Assembly (NCBI GenBank): GCA_043228905.1
Contig: JBHGNT010000010.1
Location: 14,880,001 to 14,944,000 of the forward strand
Source: Azolla caroliniana
Taxonomy: Eukaryota; Plantae; Polypodiophyta
Direction: 5' to 3'
DNA length: 64,000 nt
Shown: positions 10,428 to 21,500 of the stretch, in pieces
Position numbering within the stretch: position 1 is the stretch's first letter
How the letters are laid out: each line of letters opens with the position of its first letter
Notes under the pieces: generated by a model
Told to the model about the DNA's origin: nothing
The model's database searches: none
The model's input: the letters and a program-made list of their open reading frames with translations, nothing else
Program-made: the position numbers and the translations under genes

Positions 10428-11330
10428 TTTCTGGATTCGTAGGGCCTCCTCCTTCGTCAACGAAGCATCTGTCGTCATTGTTCTTAGGAATCTGCCGATT
10501 AGGAACCACTCCCCTTTGTACTTGTCCTCGTTGAAGGCGTGGAGGGTTAGCGTGCCCTTGTCTTCCGCCGATAGTCAAGCCATCTTGAAGAAGTCGAGGG
10601 TGACATTTTCATCTTCCGAAACCATGTCACCTTCATTCTCAAATCTTGCCGTCAACGGTATGTCAGCCATGGTGTTGTTCTTTCCGGCAATGTGGCGGAT
10701 CTTTGGGTTTAAAGATTTAATATAAGCGATCCACCTTAGCATAGCTAGATCTGGTGTCGCACATCCTGAGGTCATCCTGAGGACTGGGAGACAATCTGTC
10801 TCAATTATCACTTCCGACCTGATCAAGTAGTCTTTGTCCGTCTTCATTACCGACACAATACCCCAAAGTTCCCGCTTGACTTGGGCGTATCCTCGTTGTC
10901 GTTCGCTGAGGACCTTTGCTCCGAACCGGATGGCATACCGTGCATTATCTTCTCCTTCTTGATTGATGACCCACCTGATTCCGGTTGGGCTTGTATCTAC
11001 AGTCACATAAATCGGCTTCCCTTTAGTATAGTCGGCCTTTCTTAGTGCTGGAGTTTCAAGAAGTAGTTTCTTCAATCTTCGCATCACGTTTGTATGCTCG
11101 CTTCGCCATTAGAACTTCATTCTTTTCTTTAGTAGTCCATATAATGGCTCCACGACATGAGCGTAGTGCGGAATCCAGATATGATAAAACGCGCTGTCGT
11201 GATGTGGTGTGTTTAATGCGAGAAAAAGTGAAAATTTGAGGATACATGCACATTACACAAATACTTGTAAAAATGAAAACAATAATAAACAAACCTAGGA
11301 CATGATGGCATTGAATACATATTGAGGGTT

Positions 11331-11392
11331 GCAAGTAGGATTTGAACCTTGCACGTCTAAGATAAGAGGCAATTATCATACCACTAAAGCTA
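11331..11392 (-). promoter_or_regulatory. tRNA-like A/B-box cassette in the TG2 5' LTR (related copy at 14264-14322)
   Basis: Minus strand: TAGCTTTAGTGG (A box) and GGTTCAAATCC (B box) with tRNA-like spacing. Confidence 0.65.
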
Positions 11393-14300
11393 CTACTACA
11401 TGCTTTAAATTTTGTTTATTTTCTTCTCATATTCAATATTCCATAGGTAGCAAGCAGACAAAACCGTGTACACAAAACCATGGTTTTAAGTCCATGGTTT
11501 TGTGCATGTCACAAGCAAAACCATGTGCACAAAACCATGGGCTAGCCCATGGTTTTGTGCATGTCACAAGCATGGAGAGAACTATAAAAGCCTCTAGTTG
11601 GGCTCGAGTATGGGGGGTCTCAATAGGTGTTAATCACCATCTTCATCATCATCATCGATATAAAATTCTTCTTATAATTATACTTCTATTGTTCATCTTC
11701 TTTCATCTTTGATACTTCTTATTGTACTTCTTATAATCATCAATCTTTTAATCTTGTCAAGGGTAACATTGTTTCTTGATAACTTGGTAAACGTCCTCCC
11801 TGGTCAGAGACCCCGGTGGTCCTGTTCGAGCAACACACGCACGTGCATCTTTGCGACATCTTTTGGTGAACCCGACGTGACGAGCGGCAGGGGAGGATGA
11901 AGATGGACGAGGAATATCTCATGGAGGCAATGTCAAAGTTGATAATGGATTTTTCAAGAGAAGGGAAAAGACGAGATGCGGCCCAACAAGCCATCGAAAG
12001 TATGGTCGAGCGAGTCGGCTGTTTCGACGGAGGCAAAGTCCAAAATTTTCTAGAAACCTACAATGCCGAAATGGATTCAAGATGTGTGAATGAAGCAATG
12101 AGGCTGGAGTACTTTTGTCGAGTAGTGGCCGAACCAATCTACAAAGATACATGAAAGAGCTTCAAAAAGCTCACGATTCGTGGGTGTCCTTCGAAGAAGC
12201 TTTACGAGAGGCATATGATCATGAAGAGCCGAAGGGACGAGGTCTATACAAGTTTGACCAATGGGTGTCATCGAGGAAGACCCACCAGAGTGCTATGCAT
12301 GCATTCATTGAGTTTGAGTATCGGTTCGCTCAACTCTCGGAGTGGGAACAAGGATTGGTGGGGGCGAATAAAGTCTTAATGTTCGTCAAGTCGATTGATC
12401 GGAAGAAAAGGATGGCCATTGGAGTTCAACTCGAGGACGATGATGGTGTGAACGGCCTCATTGAAAATTGGGCCGAAGTGAAAAGGGGATGGCAACGACA
12501 TAACAAGAGGAGGATATGAATCTTGTCGACAATGTCACGGCCGATGAGGGATGATAGAAGGAGGACAAGATGCAGCAACATGCCACCACCGAAGGAAGCA
12601 AGCTCGAAGAGGGAAGGTTCAACGATGCTCGACATAGAAGTCTTTATGAGAGATGCATTCGAGAAATTAAAGGTGCAAGTTGAGGCTGAAGGGAAACTTC
12701 AAAAGGGACAAAAACTGAGGCGGATGAGACCTCTCCACAAATGCAGATTAAGGAAGTGGTGGATTTGAAGGATCAAGTTCGGTACGACGATACCACAGGA
12801 GAAAATGCAAAACAAATCATCTTCTCACCTTGGAAAGAAACAATAGAGAAGGATGAAACCAATGAATCAAGGACAGCAAACGCTAGTCCAAGGGAGGAAG
12901 AATGTTTCAGAACACGCGTCATGTTCGAAACGTCGGGTGGTGAAGGAGCAAGCCTAATAGGGCTTGCATGATCAAGGAGGATAAAGAGTGTGAGGCCCAC
13001 ATGATTAAGGAGGTAAACGACATCAAGGAGGTGGCTATGGAAAACATGGCAAAGGTGATCGATCAAAGGCGTATGGAATCCTCGACACTTGTTCTAGAGA
13101 CTTGGGTAGTCGCATCCGAGAATCAACGTGAGACCCAAGAGACGGAAGGTGGCGACGAGGAAGCGAAGGCCGGAGCTGATGCACATGATGGGAACATAGC
13201 CACAGACAATGACATCGGCCCAAAGATGGCAAGAACGAGCAAGGACCATGGAGAGGATTCCTCCACACTTGTTCGAGAGACTTTGGCAATTGTGTCCGAG
13301 AGCCAACATGAGACCGAAGAGATGGAAGGTCGCTGCGAAGAAGCACAACGATGACGAGTCCAAACGAAGCACAACGATGAAAGTAGATATGCACAACAAA
13401 GAGGCCAAAGAAAGTGTGACAATGGACAATGACGGCCAAGCAAACCAAGAGGATTTGAAAGGTGTACCTCAGAAAGTGATCATGTCTTGTAACATGAGGG
13501 AGGCCACTAGCATGAAGATCAAAGGTATGATGGTCAACTCAAATGCTAGAGTTTACCACAACAAATGGATGAAAGAGAGGCATGCAATATGGTCTCTTAG
13601 GGACCTCGAGATGAGCATGAGCCTGAAGGAACTACGTTGGGTAGTCAACATCGACATTCGAATGAGGTCTTGTGAAGGTAAGCAAGGGACAAGAAAGAAT
13701 GAAGGATCAAATTTTCTTGACCAAGGAGATAGACGGGATGAAGGTGGCACATACACAAATTGTGAAAGGTTATGCTCAAGAGGTCATGACAACCGGTCAT
13801 AGCATTGCGAAGTGCAAGCGAACGATATGGTGGATCGGATGGCGACGATGGTTCGGCTAGAAGGAATGGACAAGCTCAAAATGGAGGGACAAAGACAGTG
13901 TGGGAAAGGCACAAGAAAGGAGAAAATCGAAGGTTGACAACCTTTGGCCCCACCACATCACTCTTTTCCTTCTTGGCACATGCCGGAGGATGTGCAGTTT
14001 GGTGGGGGTGGATGTCGTGAAGATTTTCGACAACGGTGTGAAAATTGTGCAACGAACGAAATCGAGAAGGTGCAATGTGCACGTGTGAAAGGGGTGAAGG
14101 CCACACACATATGCTAGCATGTTGTAAATAGGACTGAAATGAGAATTGTAAAAGGAAAGCTAGATGTAAAGTTAAACATGTGCACGTGTGATGTGCGCTC
14201 AATTGTAAATATAAAAATAAGACTAAAGCCTAGTAACATTTAAGTGCATACATAAGGGTGGAAACAAGGCTTGAACCTTGCACCTCCAAGATACGAGACA

Positions 14301-14407
14301 AATTAGCTTACCATTAAAGCCACTACTAAGTGCATTAAAATTTGTATATTTTCTTTTCATATTCAGTATTTTGTAGGAAGCAAACATATAGAAACCGTGG
14401 GCACAAA

Positions 14408-14490
14408 ACTATGGTTTTAGCCTGTGGTTTTAGCCCATGGTTTAGGCTCATGGTTTTAACCCATGGTTTTAGCCCATGGTTTTTGCATGG
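14408..14490 (+). repeat. ~13-bp tandem repeat (atggttttagccc) in the TG2 3' LTR
   Basis: About six units visible; related CCATGG-rich repeats occur in the TG1 and TG2 5' LTRs. Confidence 0.85.
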
Positions 14491-14955
14491 AGAGACATAT
14501 AAAAGCATATAGTTGGGCTTGTGTAAGGGAGGCAAGTGATGTATGTTACCCGGCCGACAAAGACCAGGGTGTGAAAAGGGGAATTGTCATTTAGGAATTT
14601 GTTGAAATTACTAGTCTTAATATATAGATTAATATATGAGAAGATGTGGACGGACGGACCGGAATTGGTATGCCGATCCGGATCCGGACCGATCCCGAAA
14701 AGGTACCGGTTCGCACCGTTTTGTACTTCGCACCGGTGAGTAATATAAACCTTTTGTTTAATCATTGACTATTGTTCACCATTCTGTGCTTATTGTATAT
14801 CTTGCGCGTGTTAATGATGTATTGCTAAGTAACCGATTAAGGTCCAATTAAGCGTTGTGTCATAAGTTATCTCACCATAACACCCTTTGGTGAAGTGTCT
14901 TAAGTGAACACCCTGTGTTGGGTTGTTGTCCGGCCCTAAGGACTAACACAGTTTT

Positions 14956-14965
14956 TGGCGACCAC
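14956..14965 (+). promoter_or_regulatory. PBS of GyX1, probably tRNA-Arg (copy at 39078-39087)
   Basis: TGGCGACCAC follows the LTR end and is complementary to a tRNA ending GTGGTCG-CCA; only 10 nt match. Confidence 0.55.
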
Positions 14966-17900
14966 GATTCCTGCACAATCGCAGTGACCAGCGGCGGGAA
15001 TGGATGACTAGGCCAACAAACGACCCGGTTATGGAGAGAGCAAGAAGACTTGCTGAACGGTGAAGGCGGCGAGAGGCTTTCTAGCAAGCGGCAGAAGAAA
15101 CCCGATCGGATCGATCATTTTCTAAAGTTATTCGGAAAGTGGCGGAGGAGTCGCTCCGTCTGCAACAAACCACCTACCCGGACGAAGGAAGCAGCTTAAG
15201 CAGTCTCCGGGAAGCGGAATCCCTTCTCCAGGCACTGGCCGGAGGAGCCGGCGAATCCGAAGCATTTTCGGCACTGGAATCGGATTCGGAAGGGGGTTAT
15301 AGCGCGCACACGAACTATCGCAGTAGTAACCACACCCCGGAAAGACCGGAGGACGAGGAGTCGGATACATTACTGACACCGGAACTAGAATTGTCAGACC
15401 GGGAACCTCCGGCACTAGACATGGAGCAAGCTCCGGAGACGGAAGAGGACAACGAAAGACCTCCGACACCGGATGTCGAGCCGGAAACACCGAAGGGGGA
15501 CTAGCAAAGACCTCCGACTCTGACAGAGGACGAACAATGACCTCCGAAGCTGACGGAAGAGCAGGAAAGACCACCGACACCGCCAACCCGCGCACCAACA
15601 CCGAACGACGACATGCCGTTCCAGTACCCCAAGTATAGGGATGACCCGGACGTGGAGGCTCATGTTCACGCTTTTCAACAAACATGGGAGGCAAACCATG
15701 TGTCACAACGGTTAACCGCAGTCGAAGAGGAACGATCTAAGATAGCGGAATTTGGCGTGACATTGGAAGGACCGGCCGCCAGATGGCACTGGACGCAGGA
15801 CCCCAGCACCCTCACCACCTTTGCGGACCTGAAAGCTAAATTCTTGCACTTCTTTCAGAAGGTGGTGGACCAGAGAGAAATGGTGGGCCTATTTTATACC
15901 ATCCGGCAGGACCCTGGGGAGAGCATTCCGTAGTTTTTCATCCGGTTTCAACGGATGCATAGTCAACTTACCCGAGCACCTCCGGAGGAAGAAACACATG
16001 CATATTCTTAGCCGCGCTCCGGGAACCTCTACGGACGGTATGCACGGTCATCGACTTTTGCACAAGTACCGTCGACCAGGTCATCGACCGGGTTAGAGAA
16101 ATGGAGAAAACAAGCTCTTGGCTAACAATGGGAGCACTCCAACGAGCGTTACCAACCGATGAGGATCTCCGGTTTCGACAGGCCATTCAATGCACAACAT
16201 GCCAAAATGCCGGACACTCAGGACTAGAATGTACCATGCGGTCGCAATGTCTACTGTGCCATTCCAAGAACCACACAATGGAGCAGTGCGAGTACAATTT
16301 GTTGAATCGCCAAGCACCACTGGTTTGGCAAATCGAACCACGGAATACCAAGGAGGAGGAAGAAGAACGTTGGAGGCGCAAAGAGCGATACTGACCGGCA
16401 CAGGATGTCCGGTACAGGGACAACCTTGACCAGTATGAGAGATATGATCGGTATCGGGATTACAATGGACGGTATGAAAGATACAATCGGGACCAATCAC
16501 CCGGTTACAATCAACGATGGGAACCCTACGACAGACCCGATCAACAGCCCCGTCAAGAGTATCGAAACAAAAAGAAACACTATTTCAAGAAAAGGGGTCA
16601 CCTACGGGAACCAGAGAAGGGCGCCTCAAGCAACCAATTGGATCAAAGCCCCGCCGTTACCACAGGTCCTCCACCGGGAGAAAGAAACAATGCCGAATCG
16701 AGCACCTCCCGGAAAGCATATTGCTACTATTGCTGACAAGAAGGGCATTATAGTAATCAATGCCCGACAAAGAGCTATGATAAACGACCGGCGGTGAATA
16801 TGGTAGTCGCTGAAGTCGCAGACCTGCAACAGGTAACCACTAGATCGAAGGGTAAGGCGACGGAATGAGAGGTGCAAGAGGCCATCCGCAAACAGGCAAC
16901 GGAATGGGTAAAAAAAGGCGAATGCGCGAAACATGGCAAAGCTTGCGCAACAAAAGGAAAATACCGAAGAGCTCGCCGACGACAGCCAACCCGAAAATGC
17001 AACATGGAAGGCATTGCAGGAATGCCAAATCACGCTGCCATTAGGACGGCTCCTGCAGCTATTGCCCAGATGCACAGAAGGACTCAAGACAGGCATGACG
17101 GCAGGAGAAACACCACCGGCTCCAACATTCTTCTCAAATCCGGAGGAGGGACTGGCAGTAGTAGACACAAACAGTCCGACGATTATAGCCATCGTGAAGG
17201 GAAAGGGGTTACCCGGAACAGTAATAGGTGGAGGATTCGGTGTCAATGTGATTAGCCTCCGAATGTGCAAAACCTTGGGAATCCAAGAGTGGGAACCATG
17301 CCCGTTCTGGCTGCCGATGGCGGATACAAGCTCAGTGCGACCGACCGGCTTGATACGAGATTTGGATGTAACGATCAGCGGCCACACATTTCGCATCTCG
17401 GTAGTAGTGCTACAACTATAGGCACAAGGAGCTTACCCACTATTGTTGGGGCGGCCGTGGTTGAAAACGGCGCACATTAAACAAAACTGGAGGAAGAATA
17501 TAATCACCTTTCGGCGGGGAAAAGCAAAAGTACAGGTACCGACACAACCACGGACGGGTACCGAGAAGGAATTGACACCCCTATATTCCGAATGCGTCAA
17601 TATGTTGGACGGATTAGCAGACGAAGAGGTAGATCAATACTTGCAGGATAATCCGAAGATCGTACCTCTGTTCGAAATCGACGTAGCCAAAGCCGTATCA
17701 CCATACATACTGCCACCAGACGGAGCCGACGAGGAACCAAATAAAGAAGTGATCCGGGAGCTACGGCAAGCACATGAGGCGCTGGAAAGAGAAATGGTCG
17801 TATTGCAAGGGGTTAAAGCATCCCAAGTAAAGGAGGTGAATCTAGGAACTACGGAAGAGGTGAGAGCGGTGCACATCGCCAAGGAAATGACTGCGGAGAA

Positions 17901-18520
17901 CAAAGCGGCGATGATTACACTTCTCAAAGAATTTTGGGACGTGTTTGCCTGGTCTTACAAGGATATGCGAAGGCTCGATCCTCAGCTATATTAGCATCAG
18001 ATACACTTGAGCAAAGACGCCAAACCGGTAGCACAGCGACGGTACCGTATGAATCCAAATTACGCCGCCAAAGTCAAGGAGGAAATCGACAAGTTGCCGA
18101 GGGTTGGCTTTATCCGCCCAGTAAAGAAATCTACATGGCTGAGCCCGATAGTAGTCGTACCAAAGAAAAACGACAAAATTAGAGTTTGTGTCGACTACTG
18201 TAAGCTTAACACGGCGACGGTAACAAATGCATTTCCACTCCCATTTACGGATGGAGTTTTGGACGCAGTCATCGGCCATGAGGTATACAGTTTCTTAGAT
18301 GGATTCAGTGGAAACAACCAGATCCGGATGCACTCCGATGACCAGCAGAAAACGGCTTTCGTCACCGAATGGGGAGTGTTTGTTGCCGTAGTAATGATGT
18401 TCGGACTAAAAACGGCACCGGCAACGTTCCAGAGGATCATCATGGAAATATTCGGAGAATTTATACCGGCATTCATGCAGGTGTTTCTGGATGACTTCGC
18501 CGTCTATAGCCGGGAAGGAG

Positions 18521-21500
18521 TGTCGAATACATGTGTATAATGGACGTATTCACATTATCCCGTTTTGGCCATTTATGTAATTAGCATAAAGGGTAGTTGC
18601 CCTAAGTCGGTCACTATATATAGTGACCTTGTAACCTTTTTGTAAGGTTGGTTGTTGTATTATTGCTTTATGAAATAAGAAGTTCTTTTGTGCCTCTTTG
18701 TCTCTCTCTCTCTCTCTCTCTCTCTGTGCAACGACATACAATCTGTCATACGCAGGTATTCTGGACAGCAACGAATGCTCCTTGATCTTCCGCATTGACC
18801 CTCCTCGCTTCCAACATCTGGTATCAGAGCAGAGGTTCGGCCGTCATCACCGCCTGCACAGCATTCGGTTCTTCACTTCATCACGGCCTGCACAGTATTC
18901 GCGTCATTCGAAGAAAGAGAGAAGAAGAACAAAAACGAGGTTTGCACCTCATCGCGTTAGATCCCCTTGCTTGGAGTAAGCCAGCAGGTTGTACTCTGTC
19001 CCTTGTGATCGTAACCGCTCGAGGTGAAATCCCCTTGTGCAACTTTGACAACAACCCAAATTCGTGCTTCATCTGGCTGATCGACATTCGGGAGGATCAG
19101 TCGGATTCGTCTCTCTCGTCGCTGCAGTCACCCGAAGCCGAATCGGTCCAGATAATCGGTTTCAATAATCGGTATTCGGCATATATATCCGAAGCGAACC
19201 GGGCTCACTCCGACTCGGCGACATTCGGGAAGACCAGTCGGTTCTGTCCCTCAAGTTACCGGAGTCAATTCGAGCAAGTTCAACAATACATATATCCGAA
19301 GCCGAACCGACTCGGGTTCAAATCCGACTAGAACGATATCGGGTGAGCCAACCGGCTGCACTCCAACAAGGTTCACAGTCAACTCCGAACCGAGCCTCGT
19401 CAACCGAAACCGAATTTGATGGCATCAACATCAGGCTCGTCAGAAATGAGTCTACGAAAGTTCGATGGATCGAACTTTAACTTCTGGAAGGAGCAAATGC
19501 AGGACTATCTCATAGTCAAGGGGCAAATCGATCCCATCGAAAATGAAGAACCTCCAGAAGGATACAAACCAATTGAGTGGCAGAAGCTGGACAGAATCGT
19601 CCGCGCCACGATTCGGATGCACCTATCGGAATCGGTATACTTTACGGTGCAATCGTGTACGACAGCATTCGAACTGTGGAAAACACTGTCGGACACTTAC
19701 GAAAAGAAGGTCGCTGCAACGAAGATGTTTCTGATCCGGCGCCTCTACAACTTGCGGATGAAAGAATCCGACTCGGTTCAAGCACACCTCAATGAGTACG
19801 AAAGCATAAGCTCCCAAATCTCGTCACAGGGGACGGCAATCGAGGATGAACTCAGAGCAATGATACTCATGAGCAGCCTTCCCTCATCATGGGAAACTTT
19901 CGTCACAACCGTGTGCAACGCGTCAACCACGGCTGTTAAATACTCCGAAGTCATGAGCGCAATCCTGACCGAAGCAGCTCGGAGAAAGTCTTTCGCCAAA
20001 GACTCAACAGACGACGCTTACGTAGTACAAGGTTCGACAGACCGATCGAACATACGAGGAAGAGATTCCTCACGACCGCCGAACAATCAGCGAAGACGGA
20101 GCCAGTCACGGGATCACCGAATCTGCAACTACTGCAAGAAACCCGGACACATCAAAGCCGACTGCCGCGCACTCAAGAACAAGAACAACAAGAAGAGTGG
20201 CCGGCATGAGGAGATCAATTACGTCAGCTTCTCAGCTGATGTACTACCGGACGACCCGAATATACTATCAATCGAAAATCCAGTCGGATCAGAAGTTCTA
20301 CTCACGACTGAAGAATCGAGCACATGGCTCTTAGATTCGGGCGCGTCATTTCACGTGACTCCTCATCGATCCCAATTTCGGCAATATACGATCCGTCACT
20401 CCGACTCAGTTCGGGTCGGCAACTCACAACACTGTGACATCATCGGAATCGGCACAGTAGAGCTCAACCTTGCCGGTGGCTCTACACTTGTACTCCACAA
20501 TGTCCGACATGTACCCGAGCTCTCAAGGCCATTGATCTCAGTCGGACAACTAGATGAAGACGACATTCGTGCCGGTTTTTCTTCGGGAGGGTGGACACTC
20601 CACAGGGGGAACCTCCTGCTTGCTAGAGGACCTAAGATACACTCCTTGTATCCGTTACATGTTACGCTCAGAGAGGGTAACCTGTTTTTGGTGGATATTC
20701 CTGTGTCATCACTATGGCACCGAAGATTAGGACACCTCAGCAAGGCCGGCATCACGCACCTATCCAGAGCCGGATACATCCCCAAACTCTCCTTCTCGGA
20801 CCATCAATTCTGCGAGCATTGCCAGTATGGCAAACAAGCAGCCGCATCACACCCGACATCCGCACCAAGAGAAACGAGACCTCTCGATTTAGTCCATTCG
20901 GACGTCTCTGGCCCAATGCCGCATCAGTCTCTAGGCGGTGCCTCTTACTTCGTCACTTTTATTGACGACTCGACTCGAAAGGTGTGGGCTTATCCAATTC
21001 GCACTAAAGATCGTGTCTTCTCGATCTTCACCGACTGGCTCGCTATGGTAGAAACTCAAACCGACCGAAAGCTGAAATGCTTGCGGACAGACAATGGGGG
21101 AGAGTTTAAATCCGAAGAATTCGTCAAATTCTGCCGACAACGCGGCATCCGACGTGAATTTACGGCACCACACAGTCCGGAGCAAAACGGGATTGCCGAA
21201 CGCATGAATCGGACAATCCAAGAACGGATAGTTTCCATGCTCCAACACTCCGGACTATCGGATGGCTTCTGGGCAGAGGCTCTACTCACGGCAGTACACA
21301 TAATCAATATGTCGCCAAGTAGACCTCTAGGACTTCAAATTCCTCAGGAACTATGGATCGGCAGTAAGCCGAATTACGACAAGCTGAGGATCTTCGGATG
21401 CGAGGCGTACGCCCTTATTCCGAAAGATGATCGCCGAAAACTTGCACCTCGGTCCAGGAAATGCATTTTCCTTGGATATGGATCCGACGGCGAAATGGGA

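Larger units (their letters stand above)
3328..11194 (-). mobile_element. GyB: 5'-truncated Ty3/gypsy (RNase H-integrase plus 3' LTR), interrupted by TG1 and TG2
   Basis: 3' LTR runs 8392 to 3328 (TGTCGTGAAG...ATCTTCACAACA on -) and is preceded by PPT ggtggaggtgga; integrase motifs HFKWMVD, ADRGE, EANGKIERGH, RRWFGPY in ORFs 8532-9509; RNase H in 10575-11087. Confidence 0.88.
11195..14543 (+). mobile_element. TG2: degenerate sister of TG1 (gag-only LTR element); 3' LTR cut by GyX1
   Basis: 5' LTR 11195-11858; Trp PBS 11864-11880; broken ORFs 11897-13860 homologous to the TG1 protein (MDEEYLMEAMS...RTIWWIGWRRWFG); PPT then 3' LTR from 14013. Confidence 0.9.

Noticed and set aside
14877-14900. 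Alternative GyX LTR end at TAACA followed by PBS-like TGGTGAAG
   Set aside because: Homology between the two GyX2 LTRs continues ~65 bp further to ATTAACA, and TGGCGACCAC follows only the 5' LTRs
18795-19331. 178-codon ORF in the Cop1 leader
   Set aside because: Non-ATG start inside the LTR, spans the PBS and has no recognisable motif; treated as 5' UTR
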